64,000 nt of DNA from Candidatus Rokuibacteriota bacterium (GTDB taxonomy: Bacteria; Methylomirabilota; Methylomirabilia; Rokubacteriales; CSP1-6): positions 5,880 to 69,879 of the forward strand of contig JACQWB010000136.1 in NCBI GenBank assembly GCA_016209385.1. Direction: 5' to 3'. Made by a program: the position numbers and the translations under genes. The notes under the pieces are model-generated. The model was not told the DNA's origin and ran no database searches. It saw nothing but the letters and a program-made list of their open reading frames with translations. Positions 9,313 to 18,389 of the stretch are shown here, piece after piece (position 1 is the first letter of the stretch; each line of letters starts with the position of its first letter).

Positions 9313-10539
9313 TCAGCGTCCGAGCGCGAGAATCGTGACCTCGGCCACGACCGGCGTGTTGAGGCCGCAGTCGTAGGCGATCTTGGGGCTCCCCAGCAGC
9401 GCATCCTCGACCGTCCCCGAGCCGGCGATGACGGTGCCGGTGACGGTGCGGTTGGTCTTGATGGTCACCGCGCCCGCCGCTGCGATGAGCCCCTGGTAGC
9501 CTCCCAGGGGATTTCCGCTGATGGTCGCGTTCCCCCCGGCGACGGTGAGGGTATTCGGGAGGAGCGGTTGGATCTGCGGCTGTCCGGGGATGGAGACGTC
9601 GCCGGTGGCCAGGATCGTGGTCTGCCACGGGGTCGAAGTGGTGCCGGGGCTGCCCGAGACTGTCGCGTTATCTTCCAGGTAGTAGACGCCCGTGTACGTC
9701 GAGCTGGTGCCGTACTCCCAGGTCGCCGGGATGCCCCCCTTGTAGGTCCAGCCCTGGTAGCTCATTCCGGGAAGCAGGAGCGTGAGCGGCATCCCGCTGC
9801 CGTCGAGCACCTGGCCGGTGGCCTTCATCTGGAAGATCTGGTTGGCCGGCAGGGTCGCTTGGGCCGTGGCCAGGAAATCCCCGGGATTGATGGCCCCGAT
9901 CCTCCGGGGCCGCTTTCCTCCGCCGCTGCCGGGTCCCACGGAAGCACTCCCGCTGAGGGCATATGAGCCGCTCGCGGTCGCGCTTCCCGTCACGATCGCG
10001 CTCCCGCCCACACTGAGCGCGTTGTTCGCATGGACGTTGCCGCAGGCCCCGCTCACGTTCGCGCTGCCGGACAGGGAGAGGTTGCCGTTGACCAGCATCG
10101 CGTACCGGTTCTGGAAGCTCAGGAGCGCCCTGACGGCCCGGCTCGCTGCAGCGCTGGAGCCGCTGGTCGTCCCGACTGCCACGACCCGGGCGGAGTTGGG
10201 GCCGGCGCTCTGGTACTGGACGGTGTAGCTGCCGACGCGCTCCAGCGTGGCCCCGGGCCCCGCGAGACCGGGCACAGCCGTCGCGGTGCTCGGGGCCGAC
10301 CCGATAAGCGTAGGGTCGGTCCTGAACACGTTGAACGCGTCCTCGAAGCCGGCTTCGGCGAGGTACTGCGCCTGCGTGCTCCGGAGCAGGTTGGCCGCGA
10401 TCTGGACCTCGCTCCCCCCGATGCTGAGGAGGGCGCTGGACAGGGCAGCCAGGAGCAGGAAGACCATCAGCGTCAGGACGAAGGCGACTCCGCCTTCGTC
10501 GCGCCAGCACCGGGACCACGGGAGCCGCGCGCGCGTCAT
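9313..10539 (-). CDS. pilX: Type IV pilus assembly protein PilX-like (minor pilin-associated).
   Basis: N-terminal hydrophobic segment followed by a long Ser/Gly/Thr-rich region. It is the last gene of the pilV-pilW operon. Confidence 0.6.
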   Translation of the reverse strand: MTRARLPWSRCWRDEGGVAFVLTLMVFLLLAALSSALLSIGGSEVQIAANLLRSTQAQYLAEAGFEDAFNVFRTDPTLIGSAPSTATAVPGLAGPGATLERVGSYTVQYQSAGPNSARVVAVGTTSGSSAAASRAVRALLSFQNRYAMLVNGNLSLSGSANVSGACGNVHANNALSVGGSAIVTGSATASGSYALSGSASVGPGSGGGKRPRRIGAINPGDFLATAQATLPANQIFQMKATGQVLDGSGMPLTLLLPGMSYQGWTYKGGIPATWEYGTSSTYTGVYYLEDNATVSGSPGTTSTPWQTTILATGDVSIPGQPQIQPLLPNTLTVAGGNATISGNPLGGYQGLIAAAGAVTIKTNRTVTGTVIAGSGTVEDALLGSPKIAYDCGLNTPVVAEVTILALGR

Positions 10540-11339
10540 CAGGTCAACGCCAGGTTCGGGGGCTTCACCCGCGTGGTCATCCGGCGGGCGCTCCCGTCGG
10601 GGCCCCGGACGGTGAGCGTGACCTCGATCTGCCGGATCGCATCGAGGGTGGTCGTGACAGCGGGCGGACTCGATCCGTCGAAGTACGTCAGCGTCAGCCC
10701 GGTCACGTTGGCGGCCAGGACCTCGGCTGTCCCCCCATTCAGGCTCCGGGTGAGCGTGTTCGCCGGGGCGGGATTGAAGGTGTAGGTCACGGTTTCCACC
10801 GCCCGAACAAGACTGCCCGCGGGATAGGTCTTGGCGAGGGCAGTGCCCAGGGTGATCGCGGTCCCCAGGACGGCGGTGATGGATCGGACCTCCCGTGCCG
10901 CACCGCTGTCGAGGTACACGTAGGCGCCCGGGACGAAGGCGGCCGCGCCGTCGGCCCCTGTCGCCCGGCTCACCGTGATCACGGTGCTCCCGCTGGAGGC
11001 GTCCAGCGCCAGCGTGTCTTCGTTGCCGTCGCTGTCGAGGGTGTTGGCGTCGGTGTCGCCGTAAAACGTGATGCTGCCGGACGTGGCTGCGGTGATGGCC
11101 GAGCCTGCGCCGCTCGCGCCGGTCCAGAAGGACCCGATGAAGCGAAAGTCGGACGCCATGCGGTCGAGGACGGCCCGGGAGGCGCTCTGGGCGTCTTCCA
11201 GGGAGACCGCGCGGGTGTAGGTCTGCTGGGCAACCTGGTAGATCCCCAGACTCGAGCTCGCGATCAGCCCGACGAGCGCCATGGTCACGAGCAGCTCGAC
11301 CAGGGAATAGCCGTCGTTGCGAGTCAGCACGCGCACCAC
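10539..11339 (-). CDS. pilW: Type IV pilus minor pilin PilW-like (prepilin-type N-terminal cleavage/methylation domain).
   Basis: N-terminus GYSLVELLVTMALVGLI is the classic class-III signal / N-methylation motif. Confidence 0.7.
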   Translation of the reverse strand: MVRVLTRNDGYSLVELLVTMALVGLIASSSLGIYQVAQQTYTRAVSLEDAQSASRAVLDRMASDFRFIGSFWTGASGAGSAITAATSGSITFYGDTDANTLDSDGNEDTLALDASSGSTVITVSRATGADGAAAFVPGAYVYLDSGAAREVRSITAVLGTAITLGTALAKTYPAGSLVRAVETVTYTFNPAPANTLTRSLNGGTAEVLAANVTGLTLTYFDGSSPPAVTTTLDAIRQIEVTLTVRGPDGSARRMTTRVKPPNLALT

Positions 11340-11350
11340 GGCAGGTTCTC

Positions 11351-11812
11351 CTACGGCCGCGCGGCGATGAGCGTGCTCACCGCCACGCCGCCCTCCCGAT
11401 TGATGCCCATCTGGGTCGGCAGGTTGAAGCCGACCGTGACCGTCACGGTCTTCATGTTCGCGGCCGGGACTCCGGTCTGGACTCTCACCTGCCGGATGAA
11501 GTTCGGATACCCCGGGATCGTGCCCGCCGGCTCATCGGGGAACCCCGTCGGAGTCGGGTCGCTCCCGTACTCATCGCCCGCGGGTGGTCCGACCCAGTAC
11601 TGGAGTCGTTTGACCGCCTCGAGCCGCTGCTGGGCCAGCATCGTGGCGGTCGAGACGTAGTAGCCCCGCGTAATCCCGGCGTGGCCAGCGGAGACGGCGG
11701 CTGCCGCGCCGCCACCCTGAACGGCCAGTGTGCCGGCCAGCCCCAGCAGGCCGACCACGAGGATCACGATCGCGACCAGCACCTCGACAAGCGTCAGGCC
11801 ACGCTCATCCAC
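11351..11812 (-). CDS. pilV: Type IV pilus modification protein PilV-like minor pilin.
   Basis: GLTLVEVLVAIVILVVGLLG prepilin motif. GTG start preceded by a GGAGGAGGAGGA Shine-Dalgarno sequence. Confidence 0.7.
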   Translation of the reverse strand: MDERGLTLVEVLVAIVILVVGLLGLAGTLAVQGGGAAAAVSAGHAGITRGYYVSTATMLAQQRLEAVKRLQYWVGPPAGDEYGSDPTPTGFPDEPAGTIPGYPNFIRQVRVQTGVPAANMKTVTVTVGFNLPTQMGINREGGVAVSTLIAARP

Positions 11813-12032
11813 GCTTGGTCCTCCTCCTCCGCTTGGGGGCCCGGGTACGCGCGGCGGTCGAGAATGAAACGCCGCCGCCGATCCGGTGCCCTACTGAGAG
11901 GAAGGGTAGGAAAAACCCTGGGGAAGCGGAATCAGGTGAAGTCCCGAATCGAACGGGGGAAAAACCCCGAGCCGCCAGCGCGGCGGTGTCGGCCGGGGCT
12001 CGGGGAAATCGGATCCGGTGCGGGGCACGCCG

Positions 12033-12311
12033 TCACTCCGGGCGAAGCAGCCTCGCCGCATGCTCCTCGAGGAAGATCACGTCGTCCGTGATCACCCGGA
12101 GCCGCGGCGGGTTCCCGTTGTTTCCGTCGACCGGCTCCAGGACGACTTTTCCTTTGATGACGAGGGACCCACGCTTGGTCCGGTAGCGGCTGATGGCCTG
12201 TGCGGCGGCTTCATCCCAGGCGATCAGCTTGACGGCCGCAACCGGGTCGTCCCGCACTACGGATTTGCCCTCCGTCACACCGCTCCCCTGCTTGCCGGCG
12301 GGATCCGGCAC
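12033..12311 (-). CDS. Small OB-fold protein resembling the core of single-stranded DNA-binding protein (SSB). Possibly N-terminally truncated.
   Basis: GSLVIKGKVVLEPVDGNNGNPPRLRVITDDVIFLEE parallels the SSB pattern G..V.V.GRL..R.W.D..G..RY..EVV.D.V.FL. High GC3. Confidence 0.35.
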   Translation of the reverse strand: MPDPAGKQGSGVTEGKSVVRDDPVAAVKLIAWDEAAAQAISRYRTKRGSLVIKGKVVLEPVDGNNGNPPRLRVITDDVIFLEEHAARLLRPE

Positions 12312-12352
12312 CCCTCGTCTTCAGGGATTGCAGGCCTGAAGCTGGGCGATGG

Positions 12353-12994
12353 CTATCGCCCAGCCGATGGCTGCGAAGACGCCACGGGGGTCAGCTCGCT
12401 CGCTGGCGCTGGCCTGCGATCGCGTTCAAAGGGGCTCCGTCGCTGCATCCCGCGGATTTTCTGCATCATCTCGTTCATCGGCTGCAGCATCTCGCCCAGA
12501 AGCTTTCCGAACGCCCCGATGATATCGTCGCGCTCGCTCCGGATCGTAGTGCTCTCCAGGCGGAGCCTCTCGCATTCTTGCTCGGTGGCCTCCACCCTCG
12601 CCCGCAACTGCTCGTTCTGCTCGAGCAGTCCATGGATGAGGCTGACCAGACTCTGGCTCTCCTGGAGAAGTCCCTGGACCCGGCCGAGGATGTGCTGGCC
12701 GTCTTCGGACCACTTGGTCAGTCGCTGTCGCGTCTCCATCACATGCGTTCCTTCCATATCGACCCCCGCGTCCTTCTCGCCGTCGTGCGGCGACGCCGAA
12801 CCATCCTGGTTTCGAACGCCCGTCCTGTCCGCGGTCTCCCATCTCGCTCCACCGCTGTCCCGATCCGACGCGGGACGCTCGGGGGCGACCGCGGGGGCGT
12901 CCTGCCTGCGCGCCCCTTGCAGCAGGGCGCGATCCCGTTCAGCTTGCGCGAGCGCCTTGAAAAATCTGCTCAAGGCTGTCCAGTACGGGCGCAA
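12353..12994 (-). CDS. Hypothetical coiled-coil protein.
   Basis: Heptad-rich region (LQESQSLVSLIHGLLEQNEQLRARVEATEQECERLRLE). It sits between the PilZ gene and the SSB-like gene in the same operon. Start uncertain. Confidence 0.4.
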   Translation of the reverse strand: MRPYWTALSRFFKALAQAERDRALLQGARRQDAPAVAPERPASDRDSGGARWETADRTGVRNQDGSASPHDGEKDAGVDMEGTHVMETRQRLTKWSEDGQHILGRVQGLLQESQSLVSLIHGLLEQNEQLRARVEATEQECERLRLESTTIRSERDDIIGAFGKLLGEMLQPMNEMMQKIRGMQRRSPFERDRRPAPASELTPVASSQPSAGR

Positions 12995-13001
12995 GACCCG
13001 C

Positions 13002-13787
13002 TCATCTCCCCTGGCTCACTCCCGGATGTGCCGTACGGCTCACGCCCCGACGTGCTCGAGCGGCGAGGTCCTTTCCCGCCGGTTGCTTGCCTCCGTCGTC
13101 CGCCACGCGCTTGGCGGTTCGCGTCCCATGGGCCTCAGCCTCAAGCTGCCTCAGGAAGTTCCGCCATTGAAGGCTGAGCATGCGGCTGGGGGGGAGGCGG
13201 AGCTCGAGCCCGAATTTCCGGAGCAGGGCCTGCCATCTGCCCTGATCGAATTCTTCGTCGCTGGGCATGATGGACGACGTCTTCAACGCGGCGGGCTGCC
13301 CCCGCTGGCCGGCCGTGGAGCTCGCGGGCGCTGCCCCGTTGGATCCGCCGCCCCGCTCCACCGGTGGGTTGGCTGGCAGGAGGTCTGGCTGCACTCCGGC
13401 GCCCCTGGGACTGCTCGGGTGGCTGTCCGGCGATCGCGCGCCTCCGAGCTGGCGAAGCAACTCCTGCCATTCGTCGAGAACGAGGCACCCCACGAGATCT
13501 TGGAGGTACTGTTGGTCCTCGACATCGGTGAAGTGGACGATCAGGCTCTCGGGAGTCGTTCGACGCACACGCCCCACGAGGGCCACTGGACGGTCCTCGC
13601 CGGGGAGGCGAAAGCGCACCTGTACGCAGGTCGCGTGCGGCAGCTTCCCCGTGTCGATCGGCAAAGCCACTCTGATCCCATCCGGGCTCACGTCTATCGT
13701 CTTTCCTCGCCACTGATAGCCGGCGGCTTCCAGGGCGACGTCAAACGTCGCGCGCACTCGAGGGTGTCGTCGTCGATTCGGTCTCAT
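13002..13787 (-). CDS. PilZ-domain protein (putative c-di-GMP receptor). Start taken at internal ATG 13787.
   Basis: RRHPRVRATFDVALE...GKTIDVSPDGIRVA is a PilZ motif (RxxxR ... D/NxSxxG). The track ORF's first 74 codons are the reverse complement of a repeat element and are not coding. Confidence 0.6.
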   Translation of the reverse strand: MRPNRRRHPRVRATFDVALEAAGYQWRGKTIDVSPDGIRVALPIDTGKLPHATCVQVRFRLPGEDRPVALVGRVRRTTPESLIVHFTDVEDQQYLQDLVGCLVLDEWQELLRQLGGARSPDSHPSSPRGAGVQPDLLPANPPVERGGGSNGAAPASSTAGQRGQPAALKTSSIMPSDEEFDQGRWQALLRKFGLELRLPPSRMLSLQWRNFLRQLEAEAHGTRTAKRVADDGGKQPAGKDLAARARRGVSRTAHPGVSQGR

Positions 13788-13920
13788 AGGATCCCCGGGC
13801 TCCACGATGCGGGTTTTCTCCCCCTGTGCTACGAACCATAGCCCGCGGGCATGGGAAGTGCTATCCGGGAAATCCCGGAATCGGGTGGAGGAAAACCCCC
13901 GGGCCGAGGGGGCCGCCACC

Positions 13921-14005
13921 GGACAATCGGAGGGGGCCTCGACGGCCCCCTCCGAGGCCTCCCCCAGGAATGGGTTGCGCGGGCGAAGCCCGCGCTCGAA
14001 GGGCT
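13921..14005 (+). repeat. Copy A of a dispersed hairpin-rich intergenic repeat (short form).
   Basis: GACAATCG-GAGGGGGCC-TCGAC-GGCCCCCTCC-GAGGCCTCCCCCAGGAATGG-GTTGCGCGGGCGAAGCCCGCGCTCGAAGGGC. It contains two perfect stem-loops. Confidence 0.85.
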
Positions 14006-14021
14006 TCACTTCGAGGCGCTC

Positions 14022-14714
14022 CTATCGGGCCGTGAAGAAGAGTATGCCCCGGTCGTCGCCGCCGAGGGTCAAATCGGTGGGTGCGGTCTCGAGCACGCCG
14101 TTGGGGCCCGCCGAGAGGATCCACCCCTTGGCGTTGGGGACGATCGGGGACCCGCTCGCCTCCATCGCCCCCACGCTGATGATATAGTTGTTCCCCCAGG
14201 GATCGGCGTGGAGCCGCGCGACGTACGCGCCCCTCCAGATCACCGTGCCGGTCGATGAGTAGTCGGTGTTGATGCCGGCTATAATTCCATCGGCGTTGGG
14301 GTTGTTTACGACAAGGTGGTTGAACGTATTGTTCCTCGCGGGGGTCGGCTCCTGGTTGAGCGCGAAGTTCCATGCGCCGGTGGCGTCCGTCGGATCGGGA
14401 GACGTGACGCTCGCCGGCACGCCGGAGCTCTCGCCCACCCGCAGGAACTTGAGGTTGTTGTTGTCGCCGGGCCCGGTGCCATTGATCGGGTCACAGTCGG
14501 CGGTGTTGCACGTCGGGTAGTGCCGCATGTCCCTCAAGAACTGGCTCAAGGCGGTCGCCAGCTCCGCCACGTCCACGTCCGCCTGCGTGAGGCGCGCATC
14601 ATCGAGCAGGTCGATCGCGAGCGGCAAGAAGATGGACGCGAGGATCCCCACGACCGCCAGAACGAAGACCATCTCCATCAGCGTGAACCCACCCTGGTCC
14701 CTCATTCGGTTCAT
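14022..14714 (-). CDS. Prepilin-type N-terminal cleavage/methylation domain protein (large type IV pilin / pseudopilin-like).
   Basis: N-terminus RDQGGFTLMEMVFVLAVVGILA is the GFTLxE class-III signal motif. 230 aa. Confidence 0.75.
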   Translation of the reverse strand: MNRMRDQGGFTLMEMVFVLAVVGILASIFLPLAIDLLDDARLTQADVDVAELATALSQFLRDMRHYPTCNTADCDPINGTGPGDNNNLKFLRVGESSGVPASVTSPDPTDATGAWNFALNQEPTPARNNTFNHLVVNNPNADGIIAGINTDYSSTGTVIWRGAYVARLHADPWGNNYIISVGAMEASGSPIVPNAKGWILSAGPNGVLETAPTDLTLGGDDRGILFFTAR

Positions 14715-14747
14715 CTTCTGTCCCTCCGCGCTCGAGTGCCGCCCTGG

Positions 14748-16163
14748 CTAGCCGTGAGCGGTTCGGACCATGTCTCGGTCGTCCGACCGTTCCGATCGCG
14801 TTCGTTGCCCGTGCGATGGTGCCGTCGTCTGAGCCGCCGGGAGGCGGATGGTGACGGTGGTCCCCCGTCCCGTGGCGCTCTCCATGGCGAGCTCGCCCCT
14901 GTACTGCTGGAGGATCCCGTAGGCCAGGCTGAGCCCGAGCCCCGTGCGCTGGGGCCCCTTGGTGGTGAAGAACGGCTCCAGCGCTCGCCGCCGCACTTCC
15001 TCGGACATCCCGGCGCCGGTATCGCTGACCGCGAGGCAGACCATCCGGTTCGCGAGGACAGTCCGAAGCGTGATCCGGCCGCCCCCCGGTACGGCCTCCA
15101 GGGCGTTCAGGATCAGGTTCATGACCACTTCCCGCAGGGCGACGGCGCTCGCCATCACCGGTGGGACATCCCCCGCCTCCAGGGCCGCATCGATCGGGAT
15201 GCCCTGGCCCTGGATCGGCGCCAGCCAGCGGACTCGCGTCATTTCCAGCGCGTCGGCAGCCACCTGGTTCAGGTCCACGGCCTCCGCCTCATCCACCGGC
15301 TGCATCTGCACGAATCGCTGGAGACGCCGCACCACCTCCGCCGCATCCGTGGCCGCCTGCTCCATCATCTTCAGGGAGTCCCGGGTGGCGGGCGCGTGTA
15401 CCGTCGGGAGCAGCAGCTCGATTCGCAAGAGCAGGACCGTCAGCAGGTTGTTCAGGTGGTGGGCGGCCCCGGCCCCCAGCTCCCCCAGAGCTCGCAGCGT
15501 TTCATCGCGCAGGCACTCCTCATGGGTCGCCTTGAGACCGGCCAATGCCCGCTGAGCTTCCGCATGGAGACGCGCGTGTTCGAGAGCCAAGGCCGCCAGC
15601 TCGCACACGGTTTGCGCGAGGTGGATCTCCTTGTCCTTGAATACGCGCCCCGCCCGGTCCCCGACCTCAAGCGCGCCGATCACCACCCCCGCGGCGATCA
15701 GCGGCACGGCCAGCGCCGCGCGATGGCCAGCCAGCTCGAGGTGGGCGCGCACGTCGGGCGTGAGCCTGACGCGGGGATCGGTGAGCTGGTTCGGCGTGAC
15801 GACCGGACGGCGCTTGCGAACGGCGAGACCGGCCAGGCCGGTGCGCCGCGGAAAGACTACGTGCGGACCGACGGTCGGCCCCACCTCGCCGGCCCAGGCC
15901 AGCACCTCGAGGGCCCCTGACTCCCGGTCCACGCGGTAGAGGGTGGCGTTCAGGGCCCGGAGCAGCGCGTGGATGCTGGCTGCTGTCTTCTGCCAGACCT
16001 GCTTCGGATCGAGCGGCCCGGAGAAGGGCCGTTCCGCATCCGGCGGGGTCTTGAGGCTGAGGATGGTGGAGGTTGCCTGCTGTGGGCTTTCAGCGGGACG
16101 AGGCTCGCCCCAATCTTCTCGATTGGGGCCCTGAGCCGATGAAGCCCTACCGGTCGAGTTCAT
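14748..16163 (-). CDS. GAF-domain sensor histidine kinase (HisKA + HATPase_c).
   Basis: H-box AAHHLNNLLTVLL. G-box GLGLSLAYG. Start at ATG 16163, preceded by a GGGAGAGAG Shine-Dalgarno sequence. The track ORF begins at 16253. Confidence 0.8.
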   Translation of the reverse strand: MNSTGRASSAQGPNREDWGEPRPAESPQQATSTILSLKTPPDAERPFSGPLDPKQVWQKTAASIHALLRALNATLYRVDRESGALEVLAWAGEVGPTVGPHVVFPRRTGLAGLAVRKRRPVVTPNQLTDPRVRLTPDVRAHLELAGHRAALAVPLIAAGVVIGALEVGDRAGRVFKDKEIHLAQTVCELAALALEHARLHAEAQRALAGLKATHEECLRDETLRALGELGAGAAHHLNNLLTVLLLRIELLLPTVHAPATRDSLKMMEQAATDAAEVVRRLQRFVQMQPVDEAEAVDLNQVAADALEMTRVRWLAPIQGQGIPIDAALEAGDVPPVMASAVALREVVMNLILNALEAVPGGGRITLRTVLANRMVCLAVSDTGAGMSEEVRRRALEPFFTTKGPQRTGLGLSLAYGILQQYRGELAMESATGRGTTVTIRLPAAQTTAPSHGQRTRSERSDDRDMVRTAHG

Positions 16164-16450
16164 GGCACCGCTCTCTCCCAGCGTCGTCACACCTACTCCT
16201 AGCCTTGTCACCCCATGAATAAACTCTGAGCCCCGCGGCATGAATCCGGTCAATCCCTCAGCCGAGGACGAGAAAAACCCTGACGGGGGGAGCAGGTGTT
16301 CGCTGCTGCCGGCTCGGGGGTTTCGCGTATTCCCGGCCGTCGTCCAAGCGGCGAGCCTGAGCGTTCTGACTTGCCTTTAATTTCGGGGGCTTCGCCCCTC
16401 GCTGGCAGGCCTCGGCCGCGCCGCGGCTTCAGGGATTCTCCGGAGCATGG

Positions 16451-16470
16451 AATCAGGTATTTACCTGATT
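16451..16470. promoter_or_regulatory. Perfect 9-bp inverted repeat with a 2-bp spacer (AATCAGGTA-TT-TACCTGATT) in the divergent HK / rsbR intergenic region.
   Basis: AT-rich palindrome in an otherwise ~70% GC region. Its half-site matches the GGAATCRGGTG motif seen upstream of other operons. Confidence 0.5.
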
Positions 16471-16518
16471 TCGCACGTCGCGCAGCTCGCCTAGGTTCAC
16501 CTCATGCTGCACTGCTGC

Positions 16519-16644
16519 GAGGTTCGAGCCGAGGGGCGTCGGCCATGCCGGAGGCAGGCCCGTCACGAGGCGAGGCCCAATGAGGTTCGAGCCGAGGGGC
16601 GTCGGCCATGCCGCAGGCAGGCCCGTCACGAGGCGAGGCCCAAT
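16519..16644 (+). repeat. Tandem direct repeat, 2 x 63 bp, one mismatch. It is homologous to the insertion module found in the long variants of the dispersed repeat.
   Basis: GAGGTTCGAGCCGAGGGGCGTCGGCCATGCC[G/C]GAGGCAGGCCCGTCACGAGGCGAGGCCCAAT occurs twice head-to-tail. Confidence 0.9.
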
Positions 16645-17078
16645 ATCGAAGCGCCAGCCCGGGGAGAGACGCGATGAAGCCGGACCAGACGGATCCATCC
16701 CCGCGGCGTCGCCGAACCAGGTGCGACGGCCAGCAGCGTCTTCGGGCGCCGCCCGCGCGACCGCCGGGTTGGAGCGCGCCGAGCAGGTGGTGGGGATGCT
16801 CTCGGCGCCATGGCCGGCCTTGACAACGTTGGCGGGATCACAGCAGAGTAAAAGATGACATTCGGACTTCTCCCTTCGGTCCAGCTATGAGACGATTGGT
16901 TTCCTTATGCGCGGGCATCCCTCGTCCCTCGAAGGGAGAGCAACCCGGAGGCCTTTCCCGCGAATGGCGCCCGGTGGTCCCTGACGAGGTGGGTCTCCTT
17001 GCTGGCCTCGGAGGCTCCCATCGACTTGACCAAGATAGTCCAGGCCTCCCCTGAGGTCTGCTAAGGAGGAAGGTGTCT

Positions 17079-17990
17079 ATGGCTGACACTCGAATGAGCT
17101 CGACCCCGGTTATCAGTCCGCCCGCTCGAGACGAATCCACCACGGTGCTCCTCCGCGAGCTGGTGGCGCACCTTCGGCAGAGCCGCACCCAGCTCCGCGA
17201 GGAATGGGCGCGGCGCATCACCGAGGCCAAGTTGCTGACGGCGATGACCCCGGAGGAGATCTTCGCCGAGGCCACGGCCGTGTACGACAACTACCTCGAG
17301 GCCCTGGAGACTGGATCGATCGAGGCCCTGGAAACCTACGCCCGCAACCTGTCAGAGCGGATCATTCCGCGAGGGGTCGAGACGCACGAGGTCGTGGGTA
17401 TCGTGCTCCTGCTCCGCGACGTGCTCGCCCGGTCGCTGTTCGCCAAGTACCAGCAAGACTTCCATCAGCTCAACCGCATCCTGGACGCCTACGAGCCTGC
17501 GGCCAACCGGATCGCCAACACGGTGGCCGTGGGCTTCGTCCAGGAGCGGGAGCGGGTCATCCGCCAGCAGCAGGAGGCGATCCGTGAGCTGTCCACTCCG
17601 GTGCTGCCGGTTCGGGAGCGGCTGCTGGTCCTCCCGGTTATCGGTATCATCGACCCCCAGCGCGCCAGGCAGCTGACGGAGCAGCTCCTCCGCGGCATCC
17701 GGATCAACCGCGCGAAGGTGGTGGTCATGGACATCACGGGCGTGCCGGCCATGGACGCCACGGTGGCCAACCACCTGGTGCAGACGGTGGAGGCCTCGCG
17801 GCTCCTGGGGGCCACTGTCATCGTCACCGGCCTGTCGCCCGAAATCGCCCAGACGCTGGTCAACATCGGCGTGGACCTGGGCAAGATGAACACGGTGGGC
17901 GACCTGCAGGGCGGCATCGAGGAGGCCGAGCGGCTGTTGGGTTACAAGGTCATCCCGATCACGGTTGAGGCGCCGGTAGCGACCTCATAG
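17079..17990 (+). CDS. rsbR: RsbR-like stressosome sensor protein (N-terminal non-haem globin-like sensory domain + C-terminal STAS domain).
   Basis: STAS region VLPVIGIIDPQRARQLTEQLL...VVVMDITGVPAMDATVANHL. AAGGAGGA Shine-Dalgarno sequence 8 nt upstream of ATG 17079. Confidence 0.8.
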   Translation: MADTRMSSTPVISPPARDESTTVLLRELVAHLRQSRTQLREEWARRITEAKLLTAMTPEEIFAEATAVYDNYLEALETGSIEALETYARNLSERIIPRGVETHEVVGIVLLLRDVLARSLFAKYQQDFHQLNRILDAYEPAANRIANTVAVGFVQERERVIRQQQEAIRELSTPVLPVRERLLVLPVIGIIDPQRARQLTEQLLRGIRINRAKVVVMDITGVPAMDATVANHLVQTVEASRLLGATVIVTGLSPEIAQTLVNIGVDLGKMNTVGDLQGGIEEAERLLGYKVIPITVEAPVATS

Positions 17991-18002
17991 CGCGAGGGGC
18001 CC

Positions 18003-18374
18003 ATGGCAGTCCCCATCCTCAAGCAGCGTGACTATCTGATCGCGAACATTCAAGCGGCGCTCACAGACGACGACCTGAGGAAACTCCGCGACGCATTGGT
18101 CGCGCAGGTCGGCGAGTTCCGCTCCCGCGGCGTCATCGTGGACGTCACGGCGTTGGACGTGATGGACTCGTTCGCCGTCCGCACCCTGCGCGATCTCGCG
18201 CACATGAGCCGCTTGCGTGGCGCCGAGACGGTCATCGTCGGCATTCAGCCGGAGGTGGCATTTGCGATGACCCAGCTGGGTCTGACGCTCGAGGGTGTGG
18301 CCACCGCACTCGACCTTGAGGAAGGGCTCGCGTACCTCGACCGAAAGACGAAGCGGAAAACGACGGTAAGATAA
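18003..18374 (+). CDS. rsbS: RsbS-like STAS-domain stressosome scaffold / anti-sigma-factor antagonist.
   Basis: 123 aa single STAS domain (VIVDVTALDVMDSFAVRTL). Confidence 0.8.
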   Translation: MAVPILKQRDYLIANIQAALTDDDLRKLRDALVAQVGEFRSRGVIVDVTALDVMDSFAVRTLRDLAHMSRLRGAETVIVGIQPEVAFAMTQLGLTLEGVATALDLEEGLAYLDRKTKRKTTVR

Positions 18375-18389
18375 GCGGGTCAGCGCACC

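Noticed and set aside
11813-11900. Possible sigma-54 promoter (GGCAC-N5-CGGC) upstream of pilV
   Set aside because: It matches the GG of the -24 element but not the -12 TTGC(A/T) element. The match is too weak to call without a PilR/NtrC-type site analysis.
13826-14035. Short ORFs spanning repeat copies. These are 13826-14035, 13851-14258, 22424-22780, 22658-22870, 44250-44552, 39127 onward, and the N-terminal 74 codons of the 13002-14009 ORF. They encode recurring peptides such as PFERGLRPRN...GEASEGAVEAPSDCP.
   Set aside because: The recurring peptide is simply the translation of the dispersed nucleotide repeat in various frames and orientations. The copies are intergenic and the frames are not conserved between copies.
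16700-17060. Candidate sigma-70 promoter hexamers (TTGACA at ~16825; TTGACC at ~17023) and small hairpins in the 0.8-kb region upstream of rsbR
   Set aside because: No properly spaced -10 partner was found for either -35-like hexamer. A promoter probably exists in this long gap, but I cannot place it from sequence alone.
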